Part shown: positions 1 through 12,274 of the stretch, piece after piece
How the letters are laid out: each line of letters opens with the position of its first letter
How positions within the stretch are numbered: the first letter of the stretch is position 1
Assembly (NCBI GenBank): GCA_910592345.1
Contig: CAJVPI010000333.1
Location: 1-34,870 of the forward strand
DNA: 34,870 nt
Direction: 5' to 3'
Source: Paraglomus brasilianum
Lineage: Eukaryota
The notes under the pieces: model-generated
Database searches by the model: none
What the model saw: the letters and a program-made list of their open reading frames with translations, nothing else
What the model was told of the DNA's origin: nothing
Made by a program: the position numbers and the translations under genes

Positions 1-100
1 CGCCAGCCAGCCAGCCAGCCAGCCAACGCCAGCCAGCCAGCCACGGCCTTGCGGGTTTAACGGCCCAGCACGTGGGAGCGAATTGGACAAATATAGAGAC
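1..100 (+). repeat. (CCAG)n microsatellite plus GC-rich tail; possible terminus of a non-autonomous repeat (Helentron/HINE-like)
   Basis: CCAG tandem at 2-43, then ACGGCCTTGC...ACGGCCCAGCACGTG and an AT-rich end. The microsatellite is seen directly; the element class is inference. Confidence 0.5.
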
Positions 101-148
101 CAAAAAAAAAATAAATAACGATACTTCAAACTGTACGAGGGAAGTCAA

Positions 149-770
149 TTAACAAATAAAATCGATAAATCTTTCTAGCGTGGCTTTTGTAGACAATAAA
201 TACTTCATTAAGGATGTGGTTGTTTCATTGTATATATTTACTACATTATCGAGTCCTAAAATCGCATCATTGGTTTTAGCCTCCATTTTCTCCATTTTCT
301 TCTGATTCACATCCATCCTGTTCGTGTTCATCACTCCTACGAGTCGCACTTTCTTGTGATCATAAGTTGGTACACTTTGATTGGCGGACTCCGTTATATC
401 AAGTATATTTTTGATAGAACTGGCATATAGTACTTTTTGGTTAGCATCCGTTATAGGCTTTATCGAGAGATTACTAACAAAATCCAGTATAGGTACGTAT
501 CAAGACAATTTTTATTAGTGTTGGATTTGTTCCATGAAAAATCTACGTACTAGGCGATATCCGTTATATCGAGTTTCACTGTGCATTAGGATTTAGTTCA
601 ATTATCCAAACGATTGTCCCTTCCTTGAACCTGCAAGCTACAAACACGTAAACAGAAATACATTTCGAGTTATTGTTTTTTCTTCTTTCAATCTTCTTCG
701 CTCGTGTAATCTTCAATGTGGTTCTCGTATCTCCTTCGAAACCCAATAAGCCAGATATGCCAATGTACAA
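149..770 (-). CDS. 3' part of a hypothetical multi-exon gene or decayed gene
   Basis: GT-AG introns at 579-661 and 475-550, both with CTAAT branch sites, join three exons in frame (...KNNNSK/LKLDITDIAY/NLSIKPITDANQK...RFIDFIC*). The 5' structure (to ~1250) is ambiguous and no family was recognised. Confidence 0.35.
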
Positions 771-1395
771 ATGTTAAGCCGACGAGAATGTAATTACTGA
801 GAGAATGAGGTAATCAAAGATAAAAAATGGAATAAAGAGACGCACCTCCATTGAGCTATCCAGCCTTGCAATTTACGTATGTGGAAATTCGGTGTGTGCT
901 GAACAGATGCTCCGATTCGTCTTTTAGTGCCCCGTATTTAAATAATGTAAATATATTGTGCCATAAGAATACGATGTTTGCTATACCTTATCAAATACTT
1001 GAAAAATGTCAGTAAGTAATTGAGACTTGATTCTGCCGAGCAATCCGGGGGGCTATAATAAGTCAAAGTCGGATCATCGCCATAGCCAAGGACAGTCACG
1101 TTGCCCTTGTTGTATAAAGAGTGTATGGAAGAGCAAGAATTCTTTTTCTGTTAGCCCAACAGTGTTGACACCATCTGGTTCGTAATCTTTACTGCTTCAT
1201 TTACACTCTCGAATTTCTTGTTGTTAGTCATTTGCGCTAAGAATGTCATTGGCCTCGGTGATCACATGACCACATTCGATCAATCTGTGTAACAGCTTGG
1301 TCGCACAAAAATTTTCCCAACCTCTTTTTTTCTTCTTCCTGGATCTAAAGTTATCACCACCCTTCGATCTATTCTATCAAAGTATTTTTTCAAAG

Positions 1396-1949
1396 ATGTC
1401 TCTTTCAAGTGATTACAACTATTCACTCCAAGGAAACATGTAAGATTACAGAAGGCATAGTATCTTATGGAAAACAACCAGCGTTTACGTTCATCGTTAT
1501 TCGTCTGTAGGGATGAAAAGAAGAAACAAGTAATGGACCAAGTCAAAGCTGAGCTGGCCTTGGCTCAAGCTCATGAACTTATTAACGTAAGAACAAGAGG
1601 AAATGTACTTCAGTTGATCCTCCACGTTGGAATGTACGCAGGTGTTAATACTACAAACATTGTTTATTCGCCGTATCATATGAATAGAAAATGAATGAAA
1701 AATGCTTTGCCAAGTGTATTCTCAAGCCAGGACATAAAATGGAGAACAGTGAAATGGTAATACAATCGATCTTTTCCACGATTTTTGATGCCATTTACAA
1801 CTGCTAGCTTACTTTGCTTCTGATTGTGTGTTCTATAGAACTGCATTGACAGATGTGTATTAAAATATATGGAAGCATGGAACGTTGTGTCGCGGACATA
1901 TTTAAGTCGTGTTAGAAGAGAAGGACAGTCATTGGACAGTGGAATCTGA
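1396..1949 (+). CDS. TIM13: Mitochondrial intermembrane-space small Tim chaperone Tim13
   Basis: Exons 1396-1439, 1511-1586, 1688-1756 and 1839-1949 give MSLSSDYNYSLQGNMDEKKKQVMDQVKAELALAQAHELINKMNEKCFAKCILKPGHKMENSEMNCIDRCVLKYMEAWNVVSRTYLSRVRRE...; twin CX3C motif and the Tim13-typical YMEAWNVVSRTY. Confidence 0.93.
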
Positions 1950-2820
1950 TAATAATGAGTGGAATGAATCTTGTAGTGGTATAGCATGATTAGAGAGATG
2001 GGTTAATGTACATGTACGTTTATTTAATTCTGACTAATTGACTAACATAATCTCCCTCAAATACCTAAACGACCAGATATAACGAACATAAATAATTATT
2101 CATTGCATAACTGTAATGGCTTTTCATTGTGTAGTATTGGAGTAGATTCCATCGACTGCTAGAGTGATACTTCCTCGCTAGAATTATACTCTCGCCAAAC
2201 TAAACATTAATAATTAAAGAATATGAACAACACTTGATGATTTAAAAAGACTCCCACCAATATTCTCTGTAGGGATAGAGCGTTCCTGTAATGCATCAAT
2301 ATCAAATGATTGAAAGGTCATAGTCACCACAGTGTACGAGAAGATTGAAAGGGGATGGATCTAGTCATGATAACCCTTGAGACGAGAGTAGCACATTGGG
2401 TGCAGATTTACTGCAATGAAAAAAGCATGGTTGTCCATAACGGCAGTCGTAGAGATGTAATCAAATGTGAGAGATGCGTCAACAATCTGCATTTAATCTT
2501 TATCTTGACCATTTACAGTGAACAAGATATGTCGATAAACGCATACCATCTTATCGTGCTGAGTTGGGAGTGGTTGGTTTTCTTTTCTCTATAATGAGCA
2601 AACGTAACGCACATGCATCGAATATGGGAAATAACGCAATTCAGTGTGATTACCATGGGATAATTCTTACTCAAATATTTACGCTACGATCAGGACGCTA
2701 TAATAATAATAATAAGCAGTGGTACAAACTGCCCGAACGCTCGGAAATAAACATCACATGACATTAAACTATACATATTAATATACATACAAACGACTAC
2801 TAATAATAAGCAATAAAGTG

Positions 2821-5800
2821 ATGGATAACAATAACCGATTTCCCCTATCTCCAACAATACACTCGCCAGAAGATAGCAAAGAACCACAAAAGGAAAGGCG
2901 AAAACTATCGTTCGTCTCCCAAGCCGAAGAAATGGTATCAGATCTGCAACCTCACGCTCATGAAATAGCTATCGAAAGAGATCAAATTAATAGTTTCGAA
3001 TTTAATGGACGAAACTATACCAAAGTTGGCAGAGAAAATGCCAGCGAAGACAACCAATATCTCAGTGACCACACATCCGACTGCCTTTCTGAAAACGACG
3101 ATGTCTTCTCTGGAAGCGAAAAAAAGAATTCTAGTAAATTCACTTCCAGTAATACATCGATTCGTCGTCAGCATAGAGAAAATGATAAACTAGACTCGGA
3201 TCCAAACAAATCCGCAAACTTAGGTGAGAATAAGTGCACAATTCAAATGCAAAAAGCAATCAGTACAAATACACAGCAATAATCGTGTGCAATATGTTGC
3301 GGCCAAATCATGGGAAGACAATGACTGGTCTACGCCATCATCAAGTTTAACAGTGAATAGGAATATCCCAATAATTTTGACCGGCGCTGAGACCAATAGC
3401 AATGATTTGAATACTACCCAGCTCGTGCAAGAACCAGAGGAATATCAGAGTGAAGGTAGTAAATGACCACAACGTCTACGTGAGTTGGCGGATTTTGAAT
3501 AATTGAGTAATTTCTGCTGATGAGCTATGTTGACATATATTAAACAGGCACAAACCAAGAAATAGCTAGAAATGGGCAAAAGCGTTCGTGGAGCTTACAA
3601 TCCCCAGTTTCCGGAGAGGATTTACCAAGTAATGATACCTTTCTCATATTCGCAAAAGCTTGTGTAGACCGTCTGTACTAACATTATATAATTTACCCTT
3701 TATCTATTTTCCGATTTATTCAACACTTTTCTCACTCACTTTTTAAGATCAAATGCTGGTTCGCGTAACTTCTCTCACCTTTGACCCACCACGACCAGTC
3801 AGTTCCAATCACAAAATAAAAACTTCGCTCCGTCTTACTAGCCACTCGGTGACTCATAATGCACCCCCAGCTGCAGTTTCAGATGAGCATTTCCAGAAGA
3901 CATTTTCATTTCCAATGGATTATCATTCATTGGTTTTTGATACATTGAAAGTAGATGTGTATGAGCACAGCTCGTTTATGAATAACAAGAAAAGAATTGG
4001 TCGAGCGTTTGTCAGGCTAAGCGATCTGATTGATGCTGGTGGACAGATCGAGTATGAAGGGTAAGTAAGTAAGAAAGCTAGAAGGGAGGCGAAGACACTT
4101 GTCGCAAAGCACATTGGGCAGCATGCGCCTTTAGTCATTTCACTCCTCGCTATCAGCGTTAGTTCTACCACATTGTGCTATCTCATTGCCAGCTATAGCT
4201 TATTTCAATAGTTTTTCTCCCTTCCCATCCTTTTTTGGTTTTTTGCGGGTTTCGCCACGGCGATACACAAATAATTCCATTTCTCTCTAACATTGTATGC
4301 TCCAACATTATGAAATTCATCAAAAGCGACTTCCCGTTAGAGTCTTCTATTCTCGCACCGACAACCTATATCGGTTCAATAGGGTTAAAACTTAGATTCC
4401 ATTTTCCACGCGACGTCCTGTCATCAACTTCGACATCTCATGCGAAATCGACGCCAGTCGGCCTCGAGTCAAGTACATCCGACTTGTTAATGTCACCTCA
4501 CTCATCTGGCTCGGATACGTTGATAGGTTCGGAAACCAGTCCCATCGCTGACGCGACGTCGAGATCTGTGGCCGATGAATTGACAAGGGTGGATGAGAAT
4601 GAATTCGCAAGTGTGGTTCGCTTACCGAAGAAAAAAGGAAGTTTGGGAATATTGGATCTTGTCCTCAATCAAGAGACACGAGATGCGATTAAGGAGATCA
4701 CGGTGTTATATCATACCTTTTTTGACCATGGCTGGAGATTGAGTAAGCTCGAATTTTTGAAAGCTTACATGTTTTTGGAAAAGTATTATGCACAAAAGGA
4801 GAGGTAAGTGCTTGATATTGATTGATAGAGAGGACTAAAAAAGGTTAGCGCATGGGATAGGATTAATATTCGCTGTTGCAGACGAAAATCGATATTGAAA
4901 AGTCACTTTATTATTTTATAGTTCGTTAACTGGTCAAGATGTGCGCGATATCCAAAAACTCCAAACTGCGCAAAAGTTTCTCAAATATTCAATGGCATCT
5001 TACGTAAGTCGTCACAAATTAGCCTCCTTAATATTAAACCTCTTACTTTTATTTAGTATTAATTATCCATTGTATGCTTGATCTTCATCACCTCATTATT
5101 CTCAACTCTATAGGGTTCTTTCTTGTTCAACTGGTTTGGGTATGCACCCGAGAAAGCTCCATTGAATGCGTTTAGAATGAACTCGGACAAGAAGAATGTG
5201 CTTGAGTTTTTTAAACTTAACAAGACTGATGTCATTTGTTGGGAGTATGGAAAGAGTTCGGTGTCGAAACCAAGTTATATGATTGTCAGGGATCCAGAGA
5301 CGAATCATATATTGATTTCAATCAGAGGGACGATGGTAAGCCAGCTTTTTAGTGTTTATTAATATGACGTCATATGGCGTAATTGTTGTGGAACTTTAAT
5401 AACTTTAATTCAATTTAGAATGTAACCGATATTATAACCGATGCCCTAGCGCATTACGAGCCCTGGAACGGTGGGTTTGTCCACCGCGGCGTTCTTCGTA
5501 GTGCCAATTATTTGGTCGATCACTCTCTTCCAGCCATACGGTCAGCTGTCTCACGGTATGATGCGCCTGCTATCCAGGTTATGGGTCACTCTCTAGGCGC
5601 CGCAATTGGATCAATCGTTACTATGATTCTTCGCGATAAGTGTCGAGATTTATTAGAGTTGGGAATAGGTATCCATGCCTGGAATTTTGCTCCTGCTCCA
5701 TGCTGTTCTTTAGATCTGGCTAAGAAAGCAGAAGAGGGGAAGTTCATTGATAGCTTTGTGAACGAAAATGACGTCATACCAAGATTGAGTTATGGAAATT

Positions 5801-6390
5801 TAATGGATTTTAAGGAATTGGTAAAGATGGCAGCTAGTGAGTTAAAGAATGATGCTTATAAAAATGCAAGTAGATAACTTTTTTTTTTTTAACCTGAATA
5901 TATTTTTCAAATCATGTCGCGTACTGTAATTCTCACACGTTTAATACTTCTTTAGCTTTCAGCGAAACAAAAACTCACAGCTCTCATATCCTCTGTTGAT
6001 GCATATCACACCAATCTAAAAGCGACATCGTCATCACGAAAACTCTACATTCCAGGGACAATATATTACCTCCACAAAGGAGAGCGCATTACTCAAACCG
6101 ATGGCAACCGTGTTTACTGCATCAAAGACGTCATGTGTGAAACATCATCTCCTGAACATTTCATGGATATCACGTTGAAAAAGAATTGGTTGTTTCATCA
6201 TTTTCCGGATAGGTATGATAAAAAGTTTACTCGCGTCATTAAATCATTAATAAGAGAGAGCTTAGGACAAGAGGCAAAGGGTTTTTGGAAGAAGATTAAG
6301 AAAAGAGGAGAAGAGGACGAAAGCGTTAACGTTGGAGAGGAAGGAGGGAGGAGAATGGAGAGATGGATGAGTAGGAGTGGGCATATTTGA
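2821..6390 (+). CDS. Class 3 lipase (diacylglycerol-lipase-like) with a disordered N-terminus and a C2-like domain
   Basis: Exons ~2821-3223, 3264-3456, 3548-3628, 3749-4060, 4327-4803, 4922-5003, 5114-5335, 5419-5865, 5956-6390. Motifs ISIRGT, FVHRG, GHSLG (5584-5598), NENDVIPRL and LFHHFP; C2-like segment DTLKVDVYEH...RIGRAFVRLSDL. The first junction is uncertain. Confidence 0.85.
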
Positions 6391-6628
6391 ATATATATAT
6401 ATTATGAATCCAAGAGCATTGAGTTTGTACGCATACACACTTTTGTAAGAATAGGTCATTATTTCTAATCATCGGTTGTAATATACTTAGTATTCGAAAT
6501 TCGGTGTTGCATTACATGTTTATTTATCACTTACTTATCATAGACTTGAAATAAATTATAGAATCTATATCCTCAAGTTTTGTATAAAATTGCATTGTCA
6601 AAATTGGCTACCAAAAATCACCAACAAA

Positions 6629-6681
6629 AAATTGCAGTAACATGACTTTGTTGTGTGACAAAGTCATGGTTACTGCAATTT
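6629..6681. repeat. Near-perfect inverted repeat (hairpin) with ~23-bp arms and a 6-nt loop
   Basis: AAATTGCAGTAACATGACTTTGT-tgtgtg-ACAAAGTCATGGTTACTGCAATTT; the arms pair fully apart from one bulged base. Confidence 0.9.
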
Positions 6682-6731
6682 ATAACTACCTTAAAATTTT
6701 TTCGTCACTCCTCTATGTAACGCCTACAACG

Positions 6732-8071
6732 ATGATGCAGTCTCCTTCATCAATACAAGACTTTCCTCATGCTCCGCCGAATCAACCGTCTAGACGACGA
6801 TTTGACATTGGAGCAGATTTAATCTCTGCCCACTTGCAACAACAGCAGCGGCAGCAACAACAACAACAGGAACAGGCGACACATGACGACCAGCCACCCA
6901 ACAAGCGAGAAAAGCCTGGCTTTGCTACAAGCTTTCTGTACAAGCTGACTGAATTGGCTGCTTACACTTCTGCCGTTGCTACAGAGGCATATCAAACTAT
7001 AACTGGCCCGCCGGAGAAGCAGAGAAGTAGCCCACATCACGAATATCCGGAATATTATAGTGATGTGATGCAGATTAGAGCTGCGGGAGAGGAAGATAAC
7101 GAAGTGCTGGACGTCGATAACAAGAGAAATGTTTGGGATTCTGTCAATAATGTCGACGAAGAAGAACCTCCGCCGCCATATGATAATTCCTGGAGAATGG
7201 TAATTGGAGGGATTGTGTAAAAGATGTGCGGGGTGAATTGTATAAATGTATGCAGGTAGTTAATTAGGGAGTGAATCGAGTAAATAGCCACCTCTATAGG
7301 CTTACAATTCGATTATAACGACGTTATCACATACCTCAGTTTAATCAATTGTTATTATATAATTACATTAATTAATGTCATTGTTATCACAACTTGTAAC
7401 TGGCTCGTACTTTCAACTCACGTACTTTTCTCCTCCACCCCTTGTAGCCTTCCCCCTCAACTCAAAATCTACCGTCTACAATCGACGCCTCTTCTCCATC
7501 AAGAGTTCAGTTCAATACTCCCCAACCACAATCCCGACGTCGACAAATTCGCCGTGGGAGCCGCCGCCCTCTTCGACGAAAATCATCTTCTCAAGACCTT
7601 CGTGATAACACGACTAAATTTGACGACGAAGATGATCTATTCTCAAAATTCAGTGGCAAGCTCGCAGACATGGTTGCAGAAGGTAGAGCAGCATTGACTA
7701 GTACGGTTGATGTGACAGAAGTAGAAATGATGATGGCCGAAGAACGAGAACGAGGAGAGAAGATAATGCGAGATTTGGGAATACAGACATCGGTATCATC
7801 TCGGAGACGAGGGACAGGCAGTTCAAGCAGTGACGTTGATTACTTCGCAGCCTCGCAGGTCGATAATACATCAGAGTATAGCTACTCCTCGCTTACGTCT
7901 TCACCGGCATCATACACATCCAGCGGGTTTTCTGGATTGAATAGTAGTTCGCCGGCATCTGCGTACTCTGCATATTCAAATTCTTATTCGTCTTCACCGA
8001 GCAAGTTTGATCGAATAGCAGGAAGCAGCTTGGGAAACCGTTCATATGCGAGCAGTACTGGAGCTTATTGA
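6732..8071 (+). CDS. Hypothetical Q/S-rich protein X1 with PPxY motif; C-terminally truncated paralog of 14738-16281
   Basis: Exons 6732-7199 and 7448-8071 are in frame across a phase-0 GT-AG intron. Contains polyQ, EEEPPPPY, a basic patch and the helix LADMVAEGRAALTS. Has TGA where X2 has GGA. Confidence 0.75.
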
Positions 8072-8081
8072 GAGCAGACAT

Positions 8082-8395
8082 GTCAAAGGCAATACACGAG
8101 TGATTCAGTTTCTCTAATGTTGTAATGGTCCATATTATGAAATTCATCAAAATTGACATTCCACTAGAATTTTTCATTCTTGCGCCGACAATCTGTATCA
8201 GTACAGTAGGGTCAAAACTTAGATTTGTTTTCCGTGTGAAATCGTCATCAATCAGCATTGGGTCACGTCTGACTCGTTAACGTTACTTCTCTCGTTCGGC
8301 ACGTCACGTTGATCGACATCTGTGGCTGATGACTACGAGGAACGCCGCGGTTGACCATGATGGTGATTATGATAGTTGAATATATTATGCAATAG
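8082..8395 (+). pseudogene. Decayed partial duplicate of the lipase gene (intron end plus exon 4327-4803)
   Basis: ATTATGAAATTCATCAAAA..GGGTCAAAACTTAGATT..ATCTGTGGCTGATGA matches 4307-4580 with substitutions and deletions. It includes intronic sequence, so it is a DNA-level copy. Confidence 0.85.
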
Positions 8396-11300
8396 AAGGC
8401 TTAGGGATTACCAAAAGAAGGGTTGGGATGAGTTATATATTCAATATTGTTACATAAACGGCTCGTAATAGGCCAATAGATCGGTTACATTCTAAATTAG
8501 AATTCAGAAGTTAAATAAAATATTAAAGTTGCGTGTGACATCTCATGTTTATAACCACGGGGCCGACAAAAAAGATTAGCCAGTTTACCATTGTCCTCAC
8601 TGATTGAATCACTCTTGCAAGTTCATCTCATCCCACTATCGCCAATTATTCTGGTCGACCAGCAATATGCAATCCTGCATCTCCGGTTGGAATATATTTT
8701 CTATTCGAAATTTGGGTGTTTTAGTACACTTGTTGATAACAGAATTTTCAACGTAGATCGATAACGACAAACGTGTATTATGGAATAAAGAATTGGAGGA
8801 GACATATGAAAAGCTTTATACAAGATTAGAAGGATAACAACTAAAAAGAAGAATAAAGAACATGTGGTCGTATTGTTGCGAATTGTTGAGTCAAGGAATT
8901 CAAACAGCATGAGTGCAAACAAGAGCGACTAACTTGAAGAAAGCCGCGATGGTAAGATAGCCTTCGCCTGCAGGTTCTCTACCCAATTTGGGTTACTGAA
9001 ATTAATGGAAATAAAAGAGCCTACATTACATCCGAGATCACTAATACGAAAATGAACGCTTCTGTAATCATTGAAGCAAATATAATTCAAAGTCTTCTAT
9101 CATCACTCAACACAATGGGCATGCTAAAGCATTTTTTTCTTAAAACGCTATCCAATCAAAAGACAAAAACTTTGCCGGGATATCTTCCCAGATTTCGACC
9201 ATAAAACTTTATAGACGTACGTAGTTAATATTAAGACGTGTCCGACTTATCTTGAACTAACTGAATGTAGTAAATTTTAATTCGCAAAAAATTATATATA
9301 GTAATAGGGAGGGCTAATAAGGATGGCTGAAGTAGTAAAATTTAGTTTCTACTAACACGATCAACGCGATCGCGTGATAATTATACGAATTTCTCTACGA
9401 CTCAATATACAATAGTCATAACCATTAAGAACAATTTGCTACCAATCAAGGCTTATTTTATCGAGATATATTCTGGTCTTAAAGGAAAGTCGAAACGTCA
9501 AACGTCACTAATAGGCGTCAGCAGACGGTAGTAGCAAATACCAGATTTAGTAGGTTATTTAATGATCTACATTTTGTATGTCAACTGATCTACAATACTA
9601 ATATAGGTAATGGCTGTAATAAACATCTTATTTAGTAATGTTGCGATAATAATAAACAATGAATCTATAAATAAAGCAGGATATTAGTCAAGTATTATCT
9701 TTTGTTTATTTCAGACTCTGCTAAAGGGCAGAATGCCTTAGATATCTGATTAGAAAGTTACGCAGCGCGGTATAATAAGCTATATCAGTATAATGAGAAC
9801 ATGTTGATTATACAGTATATTGACTGTTACAAAAATATTGTTTCGTTTTATATCTATCTCTTTGTTTCATTACTTATGAAATTGGTTAATCCTTGTTTGC
9901 AGCAAAATATGTGATTAGATTAATCCACATTTGAGCGGTAAGCGTAGTATCATGTTTAAATTGCATTGGCCTCCAACTTGTTTGATACGAGTGCGCCAAA
10001 AGTTTAATCGTTTAACCAATGCATTGTCATACCTAAACAAGTTCTCCTTTTGCACTCGATGCAATCATACTGAACTTTAAGTCTTGTCGTGCATTCGCCT
10101 TTATTCTCAATGATAGGAAGTTACATTGTTGTAATATCCACTCTCAAATCAGCGCATGTTTGCAGAATTTTGCTACTTAAACCGTTCTGATACATGCACA
10201 CCATGCGAAAGATAGATGTTACACCAATATCCGAGAACAACAAACATATATTTGCCATAATAAGTTTTCCGAACGTTTAAAATAGACTGCTTTCTTAGTA
10301 CATGCTAAATAAAGACCTCATGATTAGACTAATGAACCATCATTGCTAATTCTAATTTAAGAATTAATGGATAGCTTTATCGTTATGATTTAATCTTTTT
10401 GTTTTTGTTTTTGTTTCATTATATGCTCCTTTCATAGAAACATACAGCTTGACTTGGCCATAACGTGCAGACGTGCAGATAACAAAGAATTCCGAGCCCT
10501 GTAAACATTTTCCAACAACCATGTCTATGTCCCTTCTATCGTTACAGAATTTAGACAAAGAGCTAATTGTGATCAAACCTAATCATCGTGTGTGTATCTA
10601 TGTCATCTCCTCTTACAAGCATATGCAGTAGTATAATATTACTGTATACAAAAGATAATTCTTCTCTTGCTAATCAATACTGATTCCATAATCATGTATT
10701 TACGTATTACTTGTGCCTCGTTCCAATTGTTTGTTAAACGGTCGCATGCTTCGACATTGTCTTCCATGCGGAGAATAAATATAAATGCTCATTTAATATC
10801 CAGATGAACGGGCATACGTTTCATCCACGAATGAATTTCTAATATAGACCACGATTACGAGAGGACGGACGTTGTGATTTGCTTTTGATGCATGTGTGCT
10901 ATGTGGTAGGTATTCCGTGTAATTAATAGTTTCATGTGTAACAATAATTAATAACATTAACTGACAACGAAAATTGCCGAATACACACATTCGCTCAGAC
11001 GATTTACGGTAAGATTTGATAAGCAAAGAAAATTTCTCTTTGCATACATGCAATACGAATGAATTTCAGGGGGGCAAATGCTCAACATCAGACGGTAGTG
11101 TGATAAGTGATGAAAAGTCCAATTATATGTACCCTTCTCATGATAACTGCATGAATATCATTTATTTTTTGAGCATGACGATATGTTCAAATATCAACTG
11201 AATTTTTGCAACCAACTAAATTCGGTAAATTTGAATTACTTGAATACTACTCTCGTTAGCCAGGGGTTCTTTGTTATCCGATTATTATTACCACTACAAC

Positions 11301-12224
11301 AGCACTATCGTCCCAACTATAAATAAAAAGAATCTCGTGTCGGGTTTTATGATGCAGGCTCTCGGAATATCGTTGGCCCATCTCCCTTTAGCTATAATAA
11401 CCTGTCGTATCCAATATGAGAACTAATTGACAACGGCCACATGACTTGACTCAATTTCCTGAATTTCCGGAAAACGGGGATGGGATCCGCAGATAGCCTA
11501 TATCGGTATTGTTTAGTCGGTGAAGTGACACTTAACCAATTACACAGACGATTGTCACGTTCGGGGAAACTTACAGTCTAACGGACAAGACATTTACAAG
11601 AAGGCAGACTGCATGGTGAACAGCCAAGAAAAAGTCTGATTCATTTGTAAAAATCACAAGATAAGCCAGTGTTCAATACTCTTTTAAGTGAATTATAGCT
11701 ATCTCAATAAAGCCACGCTGGATGGTTTGAACATACCGAGGTTACGCTACTGAAATTTAAGAATTATGAACAATAGAACGCGCTTTTATTGTGAAAAATT
11801 GCATCGTGTTTTGATATGGAAAGGTGGTTAGCGAGAATCCATCGTTTTTGATAATTCGATAATAGGCATTATTAAAGTTACTGCAAGAGAAACAAAGCGG
11901 CAATTGATCTACATCTCATCAAACAAATCTGTAAGTTCGACATTTGGAGGGATAGATGGTATAATTGTGTTGACGGATTCGCTCTAAACTCGGTCGCGGT
12001 TACGTGTAATTTAATGATTTTTAGTATATTAATGTTTTCTATGAATAATATGTGATCTACGGATTGTTGCACATGTACGACAAAAAGTGGACACATGAAT
12101 AGAGTGTACTTGGAATTTGTTTGGGCCATTGCTTGCTTAATTCGTTTGAAAACCTGCATTTACACAAATCTTAAGGTTTTAGATAAAGTACTGCAGACAG
12201 TCTTCAAGCTTGTGAGGCGAATGT

Positions 12225-12274
12225 TTGGGTTGGGTTGGTTTGGGTTGGGTTGGGTTAGGGTTGGGTAAGGTTAG
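12225..12274 (+). repeat. (GGGTT)n pentanucleotide microsatellite, G-quadruplex-capable
   Basis: TTGGGTTGGGTTGGTTTGGGTTGGGTTGGGTTAGGGTTGGGTAAGGTTAG. Confidence 0.85.

Noticed and set aside
134..150. TACGAGGGAAGTCAAT, similar to the start of a mariner TIR
   Set aside because: No partner TIR or transposase nearby, and too short to support.
12225..12274. Interstitial telomere
   Set aside because: Only one TTAGGG; the repeat unit is the pentamer GGGTT.
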